From a virus: 43,044 nt of DNA. A program made the translations under genes and the position numbers. The stretch is from IMG/VR virus record IMGVR_UViG_3300029400_000005; one strand, given 5' to 3'. Of this stretch, positions 25,827 through 35,255 are shown one piece after another (position 1 is the stretch's first letter; every line of letters starts with the position of its first letter). The notes below the pieces were generated by a model that saw only the letters and a list, made by a program, of their open reading frames with translations, searched no databases and had not been told where the DNA came from.

Positions 25827-27451
25827 CCGAAGTCAATGTCTGATGTGGGCGGCTCCTGTGCAGGAGTGTAAGTCTTTGGGTTCACGCCCTTGGGCACGCC
25901 GCGCCAGCCCTGCACCGCAATGCGGTCGATCATGTGTTTGGCTGCATCGAAGCTCCACGTGCCCACGCTCTGGAAACCGTAACGTTCCAGCACGCGGATC
26001 TGCTTGGGCGTTGTCAGCCCTTCAGCGCGGCGCTTGTTCAACCGGTCCAGCAGCAGGGAAGCCTTGCCTGCGGATTCCACCGCGTCCGGCAGGATGCCCA
26101 TTTTCTCAAGAGCAGCAGTCTGTTCAGCGCTGGGCGGGCCTGCTTCCCAGCCAAAGGCCGGCACATATCCGGCAAGATCTTCAGCCTGAATACTCATTTC
26201 GTACTGCAGCGGGTCCACGAGACGGGCTTTTTTGCGGCGCTGTTCTTCCAGCTGTTTTGCAAGGGCTTCCTCCCGCTGGGCCACCACGTCCTCGCTGGCC
26301 TGCACGGCTGCTTCCTCGATGTCCTGCGGGCAGCCGCTCTCGGCCAGATTTTCGGTCATCTGGCGGGCCACGGCGCGGTCCTCGCAGACCAGATCCGCCG
26401 GGCGGCAGAGCTCGTGCTTGTCGGTCATCCACAAAAAGTCGAGGAGCAGCAGGTCGGTCTTGCCCGGGGAGAGCCGGGTGCCGCGTCCCACCATCTGGCT
26501 GTACAGGCTGCGCACCTTGGTGGGCCGCAGCACCACCACGCAGTCCACGGACGGGCAGTCCCAGCCCTCGGTGAGCAGCATGGAGTTGCACAGCACGTTG
26601 TACTTCCCGGCATCAAAGTCGGCCAAAACCTCGCGGCGGTCGGCGCTCTGGCCGTTGACCTCGGCGGCGCAAAAGCCCTTGGCGTTCAGCAGATCCCGGA
26701 ACTTCTGGCTGGTTTTGATGAGGGGCAGGAACACCACCGTTTTGCGGCCCTTGCAGCGCTGGGCCATCTCGGCGGCGATCTGTTCCAGATAGGGGTCAAG
26801 CGCAGTGCCGAGGTCTCCCACGGCGTAGTCCCCGCCGCTCATGGTGACAGAAGAAATGTCCAGCTTCAGGGGAATGGTCTGGGCCATGATGCGGCACAGA
26901 TAGCCCTCTTTGATGGCATCGGTCAGCTTATACTCAAAGGCAAGGCTGTCGAACACCTCGCCCAGATTGCGCATGTCGCCGCGATCCGGCGTGGCGGTCA
27001 CGCCCAGCACCTTGGCGTGGTCGAAGTAGTCGAGGATGCGGCGGTATCCGTCGGTAATGGCGTGGTGGGCCTCGTCGATGATGATAGTGCCAAAGTAATC
27101 ATGCGGAAAGCGTTCCAGCCGGGCGGTGCGCTGCAGGGTCTGCACGCTGCCCACCACCACACGGAACCATGTATTCAGACAGGTGGCATCTGCCTTTTCC
27201 ACCGCGCTGACAAGGCCGGTGGAGCGCTGCAGCTTGTCCGCTGCCTGTTCCAGCAGCTCACCGCGATGCGCCAGAATGAGCACCCGGTGGCCCGCCCGCA
27301 CCTGATCGGCAGCTACCGATGCAAACACGATGGTCTTGCCGGTGCCGGTAGGCAACACCAACAGGGTGCGGGTGTGGCCGTTCTCCCACTCGGCGTGGAT
27401 GCGTTCACGGGCCTGCTGCTGGTAGGGGCGCAGGGTTTGTGTCTCGGCCAT
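25820..27451 (-). CDS. SF2 DEAD/DEAH-box DNA helicase
   Basis: LRPYQQQA...LVLPTGTGKT...IIIDEAHH. Confidence 0.85.
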   Translation of the reverse strand: MAETQTLRPYQQQARERIHAEWENGHTRTLLVLPTGTGKTIVFASVAADQVRAGHRVLILAHRGELLEQAADKLQRSTGLVSAVEKADATCLNTWFRVVVGSVQTLQRTARLERFPHDYFGTIIIDEAHHAITDGYRRILDYFDHAKVLGVTATPDRGDMRNLGEVFDSLAFEYKLTDAIKEGYLCRIMAQTIPLKLDISSVTMSGGDYAVGDLGTALDPYLEQIAAEMAQRCKGRKTVVFLPLIKTSQKFRDLLNAKGFCAAEVNGQSADRREVLADFDAGKYNVLCNSMLLTEGWDCPSVDCVVVLRPTKVRSLYSQMVGRGTRLSPGKTDLLLLDFLWMTDKHELCRPADLVCEDRAVARQMTENLAESGCPQDIEEAAVQASEDVVAQREEALAKQLEEQRRKKARLVDPLQYEMSIQAEDLAGYVPAFGWEAGPPSAEQTAALEKMGILPDAVESAGKASLLLDRLNKRRAEGLTTPKQIRVLERYGFQSVGTWSFDAAKHMIDRIAVQGWRGVPKGVNPKTYTPAQEPPTSDIDFGW

Positions 27452-27940
27452 TTAGAACGCCCCCTGCGTCCAGCCCTGAGTGGGTGCGGCCTTGGGTTCC
27501 GGCGGCGGCAGGAAGCGCTGCACGTCGTTGCTCTGGCCGGTCTCGCCTGCATGAGGGCCGCTCTGCTTGGTGTACTCCCGGATGCCCAGACGGCACCAGC
27601 CCCGGGCACCCACCACTTCGTTCCAGCGGGGGCGGAAGGTCTCGCCGCGCTTGCACTGACCGATGCTCTCGAAGAAAGCGCCCAGCAGGCCCTGCGTTTT
27701 AGTGTGCAGGTACAGGCGGTGGGTGACGGTGGTGTCGCCCTTGGCCCCGCCGAAGATCTTCAGGGTCAGCTTTGCCATGGAGCAGGGCGGCAGCTTGGCG
27801 CTGCCCTCAAAGCGGGCACGCTCCATGCCGGTGACCTCAAAGGCATACTCGCCCTCGGGCAGGAGCACGAACTCCTGCTGCTCGTTGGTAAATTCGTCGT
27901 CCCAGCTCAGGGCGCGGTCGGTGGTGTTCATTTCGTTCAT
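27452..27940 (-). CDS. DUF669 protein (SSB-like partner of AAA_24 recombinases)
   Basis: 162 aa between the AAA_24 and helicase genes. It ends ...GWTQGAF*. Confidence 0.65.
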   Translation of the reverse strand: MNEMNTTDRALSWDDEFTNEQQEFVLLPEGEYAFEVTGMERARFEGSAKLPPCSMAKLTLKIFGGAKGDTTVTHRLYLHTKTQGLLGAFFESIGQCKRGETFRPRWNEVVGARGWCRLGIREYTKQSGPHAGETGQSNDVQRFLPPPEPKAAPTQGWTQGAF

Positions 27941-28014
27941 AAGTAATTACTCCTTTATTATAAAACTCCTTCAGTCACGCTTACACGTGCCAGCTCCCTC
28001 CGTGAGGGAGCCTG

Positions 28015-29100
28015 TTAAAACGGGATATCACGGTTATCCAGCACCATCTGGAACACCTGCGGCCATGCGGCGATCAGACAGCCCTCCACAAAGTCAGCGG
28101 GGTAGTCCTTGATGGGCATATCCTCCGGGAAATAGCCCCGTTTGCCCACAACGCCCTGCAGTTCTTCACAGCTGACCTTGTTGGCGCTCATCAGAGCGGC
28201 CAGCTTTTCGGGCACGCCCAGACTGAGCAGAACATTTTTCTCGGAGCTTTCCTGCAGCGGTGCGGGCTGCGGCTGAGCCACCGGCTTTGCTTCCTGCTGC
28301 GGGCTGGGCAGGATGTCGGCTTCCGGCTGGGAACGCGGCTGCGGTTCCGGTTTCGGTGCCTGTGCAGACATAGCGCCGGGGATGCAGGCGGCAATGCTGG
28401 CATAGTCAAAGGGTACTTCCTCCGGCAGGTCAAAGCGGTTTTTGGCATCCCAGCAGGGGTGATGCGCGGTGTACAGTACACGCCTGCCGCCGCTGGCCTT
28501 GCTTTTGGCGTTCTTGCCGTCGCCCACCTTTTCCACAACGGTCTTGTAGTTGGCAAACAGCAGCATATCGCACCACTCGCGCAGCAGCGGGGCCACCTGT
28601 TTGGAAGTTTTCATGCTCCAGCGGTCGTAGTTGCCCACGGCATCCGGCTGCTCAAATTTGGTAATAGCAGCATGGGCCAGCACCACCACGTTGTGCCCGG
28701 CCTGCAGCACCTCTTCCAAAGCGTCCAGCAGCTTGCCGAACTCTTCCTTAACATAGGTGTAGCCCTTGCCGTAGCCGAAATCTTCGATGCCGTTCACCTT
28801 GGCTTTGGCACACACGGCCTGAATGCACAGGCGTTCAGCCCAGTCGGCGGTATCAATGACCAGCGTGCCGCAGGGGACACTGCCCTTGCGTACCTCGGCC
28901 ACCTCATCCAGCAGCATGGCCCAGCTGGTGGGCTGGGGCAGGCGCTTGACGTTCAGCCGCTTGGTGCCGCCCTCGGTGTCGATGAATACGGGGTCCGGAA
29001 AGTAAGAGGCAAAGGTACTTTTGCCGATGCCCTCGGGCCCGTACAGCACGGTCTTGACCGGCGCATTCTGGATGCCGGTGGTAACTGCATATTTGCTCAT
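28015..29100 (-). CDS. AAA_24 (Sak4-like) RecA-fold ATPase
   Basis: VLYGPEGIGKSTFASYFPDPVFIDTEGG. It ends ...NRDIPF*. Confidence 0.8.
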   Translation of the reverse strand: MSKYAVTTGIQNAPVKTVLYGPEGIGKSTFASYFPDPVFIDTEGGTKRLNVKRLPQPTSWAMLLDEVAEVRKGSVPCGTLVIDTADWAERLCIQAVCAKAKVNGIEDFGYGKGYTYVKEEFGKLLDALEEVLQAGHNVVVLAHAAITKFEQPDAVGNYDRWSMKTSKQVAPLLREWCDMLLFANYKTVVEKVGDGKNAKSKASGGRRVLYTAHHPCWDAKNRFDLPEEVPFDYASIAACIPGAMSAQAPKPEPQPRSQPEADILPSPQQEAKPVAQPQPAPLQESSEKNVLLSLGVPEKLAALMSANKVSCEELQGVVGKRGYFPEDMPIKDYPADFVEGCLIAAWPQVFQMVLDNRDIPF

Positions 29101-30429
29101 TTAGAACGCTCCTTTCGTCCAGCTTTTCTGCTGGGGCTTTTCGGTGACGGGCGGCAGGGAGGTTTCGGTATCCTTCACCATGCCGTCCTCAATGATGATC
29201 TGGCACTCGCTGCCAGTGGAGACCCGGGTGGCAATGGCCTGCAGGTGTTCTGTTTCCAGCCATGCGGAAAACTTCTGCAGGGTGGTCATGTCCATCTGTT
29301 CCAGCTTGTCCAGCAGCACGAAACCGCAGTCCGGGTTCAGGCGGCGGACGATGGCGGCGGCCACCCGCAGCTGGTCGCTGCCAGACATGTCCCGCCAGTG
29401 CTTGCCTTTATAAGTAAGGGCACCGTCCTCCACGCTCAGCTCCGGCAGGGGCAGGTCGGCACCGTTCAGCAGGGCCATGCGGTCGGCCCGCTTCCGGGTG
29501 ATGGCTTCGGTGAGCTTGTCGTAATCGCTGGCATACCGGGCGGCTTCGTCCTCGGCCCGGGATTTTTCCAGATTGGCCCGCACCTTCTGGTTGATCTCCT
29601 CAATATCCCGGATGGATGCTTCCAGTTCGGCAGTGGATTCGTCCTGAAGCTGGGCGACGGTCTTTTGAGCGGTTTTCCGCTGATTGAACAGGCGGGTGTG
29701 CTTGGCGTCGAGCTCCTGATACTGTTGTTCCAGCTCGGCAATGCGTTCACGGGTGCGTTTCAGTTCGGCCACACACTGCTGCTCCTGACACTCAAGCTCT
29801 GTGTACTGTGCCCGCAGACGCTGATTCTCGCCGTTGCGGGCCAGAATTTCCTGCTGCTGGCGGATGAGGTCGGAGGCGCTGACCGGCTCCTCCGGCGCAT
29901 CCGGGTAGGAGATCAGCTCCTCGGAAAAGTGCTTTTTCTGCGCGGCCAGCTGGCCGGTGAAGGTGCGCTTGTCGTACAGGGCCTTGATCTCAAGATCCCG
30001 GGTGTGGAGTTCGGTGCCGATGCCGATGATCCGCAGCAGGATGTCGGCTTTCTCCTTGTCGGATGCTTCCATGAAGCGGGGCAGATCCAGCGCCAGCGGC
30101 TCGATGAAGGCGTTGAGCAGCTGCTGGCCGCTGCGTCGCCCGGTAGGATCGGTGACGGTCAGACTGGCATTCTTGCCCTTGCGTTCCACCACCACACCGT
30201 TGGAAAGCTTGACCTTCAGATGCGCCGGAGCCACTGCGCCGTCCCGCTGGGCAGCGTCCGGGCGGAAACGGTCGCCGCCCAGTGCCCATGCAAGAGCATC
30301 CAGAACACTGGTTTTGCCCTGATTGTTGTTGCCGCCCACGATGGTCAGGCCAGTGGGCGACGGCGTGAGTGCAACGGCCTTGATGCGTTTGACGTTTTCG
30401 GCCTCTAAGGCCATGATCTTTACAGACAT
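29101..30429 (-). CDS. SMC/SbcC-like AAA ATPase with coiled coil
   Basis: ENVKRIKAVALTP...IVGGNNNQGKTSVLDAL with a central coiled coil. It ends ...SWTKGAF*. Confidence 0.7.
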   Translation of the reverse strand: MSVKIMALEAENVKRIKAVALTPSPTGLTIVGGNNNQGKTSVLDALAWALGGDRFRPDAAQRDGAVAPAHLKVKLSNGVVVERKGKNASLTVTDPTGRRSGQQLLNAFIEPLALDLPRFMEASDKEKADILLRIIGIGTELHTRDLEIKALYDKRTFTGQLAAQKKHFSEELISYPDAPEEPVSASDLIRQQQEILARNGENQRLRAQYTELECQEQQCVAELKRTRERIAELEQQYQELDAKHTRLFNQRKTAQKTVAQLQDESTAELEASIRDIEEINQKVRANLEKSRAEDEAARYASDYDKLTEAITRKRADRMALLNGADLPLPELSVEDGALTYKGKHWRDMSGSDQLRVAAAIVRRLNPDCGFVLLDKLEQMDMTTLQKFSAWLETEHLQAIATRVSTGSECQIIIEDGMVKDTETSLPPVTEKPQQKSWTKGAF

Positions 30430-32231
30430 GCGGATACCTCCCCTTGAGCGGATGCGAGTGTGTGAACGAACTGGTTGATCGCGGTCTCCCGCTGGTCGTC
30501 CGGCAGCTTGCGGAACTGCATTTTGGCGGACTGAACGATGCTGGTAATGGAGCGCCCGGCCAGAATGATGCTGTCGTAGGCATCGCGGGCATCCTGTTCC
30601 TGCTGTGCCTTATAGTCCGCAGTCATTCCGGCCGCAATCTCGTAAGCTTTTTCGCCTGCCCGCCGGTCTACCTCTTCCTCATCCACCACGGCAGCGATGG
30701 GCTGCTTTTTCAGGGCCGCATTTTCTTCCTGCAGCTTATCCGCCCGGAGCTTTGCCGCTTCGGCCACCTGCCGGGAGCCGGAAAGCTGGTTCTCTGCGTT
30801 CTTGGCCCGGGCTTCGGCCTTGTCGGCACGGTCTTTTTCCTGTGAGGCCTTCAGACCCAGCCGGTTGCAATCCTTGGCGGTGCTCAGCTGGTCAGCACGG
30901 GCCTTGTCCCGTTCGGATTCGGCCCGGTCGGCACGGGCTCGTTCCCGGTCTGCCTGGTTCATGGCCTCCACCCGGTCGGTGCGGAGCTGCTGGTTTTCCT
31001 TGAGCAGATCCTGATAGGCTTTGTTCGTGGTGACCTCACCGTTCTTGACCTTCTCCACCAGCTCCGGCGGGGCGCTGGGTTTTGCCACGGCGTACAGCAG
31101 GGTGGGCGGCAAGCTTTCCAGAATGGCCTGCTGCCGGGGGCTGCTGTCAGCCAGCAGTGCGGAGACTTGCAGCAGCCGGTAGGCGCTGTCTTTGGTGATG
31201 CCAATGTGCAGGCACCATGCACGGAAACTGTCCTCTCCACGGTTGCCGTGCTTCGAGTTGTCGCATTGTGCGACAACTCCGCACAGCTCATCGTGTGCCA
31301 GTGCAATGTTGTCACCCATGTAAACAAGACCCTTTTCGGCCAGTTTCTTGCCGTGAAGATATCCGTTTTCTGCAAGATGCAGGGTCGCCACGGTCTGTTC
31401 AGGCAGGCCGGAATAATCAAACTCCGGGCACTTGTCCTTCCGAATGAAAGTCAGGGGCTTCTCCTGCGGGGCACCACCAGTCATTGAGAGAAGTGGTGCA
31501 GAAGAACCGCCCGCCGATGCGGCAGGGACCGATTCGCAGTTCTGCAGGGATGTCGCGGGGGTCGATGCGCTTGCATCCGCCCCGCTCTCCGAGGTGGTCG
31601 GCGTTGCCGCTGTGGCAGTCGGGACAGCATTCTCTGCCGTAGTCACAGCAGTATCCGCATTCTGGGCAGGTGCACATGCGAAAACCTCCTTTGCTTTTTT
31701 AATGTCGGCAAGAATCTTTTCCATTTCCTGCTGCGGTGTCATGTCCTTGCGGCTGCCATTCGGAGTAAAAAACTGACCAAGCAGCTCTCTTTTTGCGGCA
31801 ACACCTTTCAGATTCTGAGCGCAGGTGATAGTCAGGCAGTAACGGCCATCAGATCCATAGTCCGATGCACGAATATCTTTGGAAAACGAGCCAAAAATCT
31901 CTCTGTCTGGATAAGTATCTTTGATCCATGCGGAGACCTGAGACAAAAAGTCGAAGTCCAAACTGTGCACTCGACAGGTGCATTTATCCTTGATAGAGCC
32001 AGCGAACTCTGACGCATAAGTGAGGGTCTTGCTCATCCGGCACTCGTAGCCCCGAGTCTCCCGGCTGACAGTTCTAGCACTTTCATCCCATTGAAAGTCT
32101 CCGTATGGCATGGCGTAGGGGCATCCCCAGCACTCATGGCCGGGTGCATAGCCAGACAGACGGTTGCCAGTGGTACTGGTATCGGTGGATTTCTTCACTC
32201 GCCGTCCGCATTTGCAGATATAGGTAGTCAT
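30420..32231 (-). CDS. Hypothetical 603-aa protein (Cys-rich N-terminus, low-complexity linker, DUF3102-like HTH, coiled coil)
   Basis: Starts MTTYICKCGRRV...ECWGCPY, followed by an Ala/Thr/Ser-rich stretch. Then comes ...FRAWCLHIGITKDSAYRLLQVSALL and an R/A/D/E-rich coiled coil. Confidence 0.6.
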   Translation of the reverse strand: MTTYICKCGRRVKKSTDTSTTGNRLSGYAPGHECWGCPYAMPYGDFQWDESARTVSRETRGYECRMSKTLTYASEFAGSIKDKCTCRVHSLDFDFLSQVSAWIKDTYPDREIFGSFSKDIRASDYGSDGRYCLTITCAQNLKGVAAKRELLGQFFTPNGSRKDMTPQQEMEKILADIKKAKEVFACAPAQNADTAVTTAENAVPTATAATPTTSESGADASASTPATSLQNCESVPAASAGGSSAPLLSMTGGAPQEKPLTFIRKDKCPEFDYSGLPEQTVATLHLAENGYLHGKKLAEKGLVYMGDNIALAHDELCGVVAQCDNSKHGNRGEDSFRAWCLHIGITKDSAYRLLQVSALLADSSPRQQAILESLPPTLLYAVAKPSAPPELVEKVKNGEVTTNKAYQDLLKENQQLRTDRVEAMNQADRERARADRAESERDKARADQLSTAKDCNRLGLKASQEKDRADKAEARAKNAENQLSGSRQVAEAAKLRADKLQEENAALKKQPIAAVVDEEEVDRRAGEKAYEIAAGMTADYKAQQEQDARDAYDSIILAGRSITSIVQSAKMQFRKLPDDQRETAINQFVHTLASAQGEVSACL

Positions 32232-32524
32232 ACCCTTACCTCCGTGTCCTTGAGGCGGTCCAGCATCTCGGCCTGCACATCCTTGCTCATGGGCTGGATG
32301 TCGTTGCCCTTCCAGCCATAGCAGAGGATAGGGCCGTAGATATGCTGGCCGCGATAGATACGGTTCAGGTCTCTGCCCATGATGCCGTACACCAGCACTG
32401 CCGGGGTGCGTGGCAGGACTTTCTGCTCACAGGGGCACCGCAGCAGTGCTTCGATGCCCTGCAGCGTGTCCGGCAGGGTGGTGACTACCGGCTCTTTGCC
32501 CGGTTCAATCAAAATTCCTTTCAT
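32228..32524 (-). CDS. DUF3846 protein
   Basis: 98 aa, MKGILIEPGKEPVVTTLPDTLQGIEALL. Confidence 0.55.
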   Translation of the reverse strand: MKGILIEPGKEPVVTTLPDTLQGIEALLRCPCEQKVLPRTPAVLVYGIMGRDLNRIYRGQHIYGPILCYGWKGNDIQPMSKDVQAEMLDRLKDTEVRV

Positions 32525-32578
32525 TGTAAAACCTCCGATTTTGTGATATCATCGGGGTGATGAAGTCGTTCAAACTCA

Positions 32579-33001
32579 TCATCCCTTGCAGCTCGTCGGT
32601 GTTGGCGCACCGGCGGGCTTTTTTCGTATAGTGCGTACCGGCGGCAGGCTGTCCACCTTGCTGCGGTCGATACGTTCCCGCGCAAATGTGTACTTGTAAG
32701 TTCGATGGCTGCCGCTGAGCCCATGGCTGACGGCAGACGCAAAGCTGTTCGCGCTCTTGTAGCCCAGCCGCCGGGCACACATCTCAGACGTGCCGGATGC
32801 CAGTAGATCGCCGGTCTTTGCGTCCCAGACGGTGTGCCACATGACGCGGGCAGGGTTTTCATTACGCGCCCTGTAATCCCTGCAATATTGGTTGTGGTGC
32901 TCTCTGCGGCAGGAAGCGCAAAAGCGCAGGTTGCCAGCAACATTTTCCATCACCTTGCCGCAGTCCAAACAAACGCGGGTAAAGTGCTTTCCTTTATTCA
33001 T
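32579..33001 (-). CDS. Hypothetical zinc-ribbon protein
   Basis: 140 aa, CLDCGK...FCASCRREH. Confidence 0.5.
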   Translation of the reverse strand: MNKGKHFTRVCLDCGKVMENVAGNLRFCASCRREHHNQYCRDYRARNENPARVMWHTVWDAKTGDLLASGTSEMCARRLGYKSANSFASAVSHGLSGSHRTYKYTFARERIDRSKVDSLPPVRTIRKKPAGAPTPTSCKG

Positions 33002-33009
33002 GGGTGGTG

Positions 33010-33270
33010 TCAGCCCGCCTTCCTGCCGCTCTTCACGGTGTTGCGGGGCTGCTGATGCACCTTGCGGCGGCGTTTCTCACGTGCTTCGGCGGCAAAGCCC
33101 AGCCGCATGAAGAAGATCGCCAGCAGGATCAGCACCATGGCCGTGATGAACGCGCCGTCCGAGACGGTGCCCAGTGTCTGGGCAGTGCCCTCAACGCCTA
33201 TGCCGTACAGCAGGCCTACCACAAAGCAGGCCATTGCCAGCCAGTACCATACGCCGGATTTGATTCTCAT
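33010..33270 (-). CDS. Small membrane protein (two predicted TM helices)
   Basis: 86 aa with hydrophobic runs WYWLAMACFVVGLLYGIGV and FITAMVLILLAIFFM. Confidence 0.5.
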   Translation of the reverse strand: MRIKSGVWYWLAMACFVVGLLYGIGVEGTAQTLGTVSDGAFITAMVLILLAIFFMRLGFAAEAREKRRRKVHQQPRNTVKSGRKAG

Positions 33271-33533
33271 GCGGTTTCATCCTCCTTGCCCACTTCCGGG
33301 AAGAAAAGCTCCCCGATCTCGTCCTGCCGGATGTCCAACAGTTCACAAATTGCTGCGATCTCTTTACTTGTCCACGGCTGGTGCCCGTTCATCCGGGCGC
33401 TCATAGTGTACCGGCCAATGCCGCTATGTTCAGCGACTTCCTGATCGCGGTAGCCGCAGCTGTGGAACCGGCCCCGCAGCTTCCAGTATGGGATCTGCTT
33501 GAAAGTGCCGCGAATAGTTGATGTGTTCAACAT
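33267..33533 (-). CDS. DUF739-like HTH protein
   Basis: ATG at 33533 with GGAGG 6 nt upstream. Carries ...DQEVAEHSGIGRYTMSARMNGHQPWTSKEIAAICELLDI. Confidence 0.55.
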   Translation of the reverse strand: MLNTSTIRGTFKQIPYWKLRGRFHSCGYRDQEVAEHSGIGRYTMSARMNGHQPWTSKEIAAICELLDIRQDEIGELFFPEVGKEDETA

Positions 33534-33534
33534 T

Positions 33535-34212
33535 TTATTCCTCCTTCTTTTTGGCGGGCAGCCCATCCAGCAGGCTGTCCATCAGGGCAGCGTAGAACGG
33601 GTAGCCTTTGGCGACGATGGTCAGGCTGTCAATGGCGCTGGTGAGGTAGCTCTGGGAGCCGCGCACCACGTTCTCCATGGTGCGCACCGTGTCGCAATGC
33701 TGGCCGTAAATGGCCTTGAACTCACCGCACAGGGCCTTGACCTGCATATACTTGGCCTTGCTGTCCTCGCGGTTCTTGCGGCACTCATCCAGAAAAGCGG
33801 TGTTCTCGTCCAGTTTCTTCCGGGCTTCGATCACCCGGTCGATGGCGCTCTGGATGTTGGCGTCCTGCACGGCCTGCTGCTCTTTGTGCTGCGCGGCCAG
33901 CTGCTTCTCCATCTGGTTGAAGGCCTCGATGTACTTGAGCTTCCACTGCACGGCTTCCTTGCCCGTGAAGCCCATGGCCAGCAGGGAAAAGCCGTCACGG
34001 TTCATCAGGTACATGGGGTACTTCTGGTGGTTCTGCGGGTGGGTGTACTCAGACTTGAAGAACATGGGGGTCTGTCCATTTTTGGACACCCCTTCTTCGA
34101 GAGCTTTGATGTCTCTCAAAACATGGTTGTGTTCCTTGCCAAAGCGCTTGGCAACGTCCCGGCTGGATGCCACCGGTTCGCCGTTCTGGGTGGATAAGAT
34201 GATGTCGTTCAT
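33535..34212 (-). CDS. Rha-family phage regulatory protein (antirepressor-like)
   Basis: ATG at 34212, MNDIILSTQNGEPVASSRDVAKRFGKEHNHVLRDIKAL...MNRDGFSLLAMGFTGKEAVQWKLKYIEAFNQME. Confidence 0.85.
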   Translation of the reverse strand: MNDIILSTQNGEPVASSRDVAKRFGKEHNHVLRDIKALEEGVSKNGQTPMFFKSEYTHPQNHQKYPMYLMNRDGFSLLAMGFTGKEAVQWKLKYIEAFNQMEKQLAAQHKEQQAVQDANIQSAIDRVIEARKKLDENTAFLDECRKNREDSKAKYMQVKALCGEFKAIYGQHCDTVRTMENVVRGSQSYLTSAIDSLTIVAKGYPFYAALMDSLLDGLPAKKKEE

Positions 34213-34229
34213 GGTGAATATGTACCTCC

Positions 34230-34258
34230 TTGTGGGTGGCTCCCTTCTGCGGTAGAAT
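34230..34258 (+). promoter_or_regulatory. Candidate promoter of moron A (TTGTGG-17-TAGAAT)
   Basis: The -35 is at 34230..34235 and the -10 at 34253..34258. The 9-bp inverted repeat CCCTTCTGC/GCAGAAGGG (34242..34250 and 34262..34270) brackets the -10. Confidence 0.4.
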
Positions 34259-34280
34259 AGGGCAGAAGGGAGGTGATAAA

Positions 34281-35255
34281 ATGCAAAATTTTTACGAGTT
34301 GAGCTCTGCAGCTCAGACGGCAGCATACCAGCTGTCAGAACTCAGCAATTATGTGTCCGAAGCAGCGAAAATGGCGGATTCTGTTCGCATGGTGAGCAAC
34401 CAGATGAAATCGATTTACCAAACCGCAGAATGGAACAACATGGCGTACCGCTTAGCGAAAGATGCCAGATTATGTGTGCCAGAGTATCAACTATCCAATC
34501 TCGCCAAGAATCTGGCTGGTCAGGCCAGAGCAGATCTCAATTTCACCAATCAGATTTCGGCGCTCTACGGATCGGCAATGGAAAGTCCCGCTTTCCGGTT
34601 ATCGACAGAAATGCTGAATTCCAATGTGCTAAATCTCACCACCGCACTCCGAACAAGCAACATTACAAATCTTTACTCAAATGCTGCGGCTTTTGCGGAT
34701 CAGTTAGACTCGATATGGAGCGAAAGTACTTACAGCGAAAAAGAATCCGAAACCGTGCCGCTGGCAAGTACTCAAGCTGTTCTGGATGAAGTCGAACCAC
34801 TTCTACCTACAGAGGCGGTTGAAACTATCAACGCCAAAATCGCCGAAGTAAAAACTCCGGATAATGCAATCCCCCAAAAAGACTGGGTTGGAATTATCAG
34901 CATCATCGTTACAATTCTTCTGTTTTTGGCAGGTCAGGCATTGTCCAGCGAACATGACAAAAAGGAAGAATCTTCATGGTCTGCAACGGCAGAATATCAA
35001 CAGGAAATGCTCGAAATACAGCGAGAGGAAGCAGAAAGGTCAGAAAACTTCAGACAGCGCACGGAGGAGCATTTCAAAATCGTTGAGGATACGAATGAGC
35101 GAATCGCCGAGGCTTTGGAGATGCTCGCCAACCAGAGCGTTGAATTGGATGATCGAGGTCAAAGTGTCCTCGATTCGGATGATTCTCAAGATGATGCAGA
35201 GGATCAAGATTCCATACAGGCCGCTCAGCAGGAACAAGCCGATGCTGAGGATTGA
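34281..35255 (+). CDS. Moron A: single-pass membrane protein with an acidic coiled-coil C-terminus (324 aa)
   Basis: ATG at 34281 with GGGAGGTG upstream. The TM helix is WVGIISIIVTILLFLAGQAL. No family was recognised. Confidence 0.75.
   Translation: MQNFYELSSAAQTAAYQLSELSNYVSEAAKMADSVRMVSNQMKSIYQTAEWNNMAYRLAKDARLCVPEYQLSNLAKNLAGQARADLNFTNQISALYGSAMESPAFRLSTEMLNSNVLNLTTALRTSNITNLYSNAAAFADQLDSIWSESTYSEKESETVPLASTQAVLDEVEPLLPTEAVETINAKIAEVKTPDNAIPQKDWVGIISIIVTILLFLAGQALSSEHDKKEESSWSATAEYQQEMLEIQREEAERSENFRQRTEEHFKIVEDTNERIAEALEMLANQSVELDDRGQSVLDSDDSQDDAEDQDSIQAAQQEQADAED

Noticed and set aside
24273-30408. Plus-strand ORFs of 532, 670 and 649 aa (24273..25871, 25934..27946, 28459..30408) across the replication module.
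   Set aside because: They are antisense to the primase-helicase, SF2 helicase, DUF669, AAA_24 and SMC-like genes, all of which have clear motifs and operon-style overlaps. The reasoning is the same as for the other shadow ORFs.
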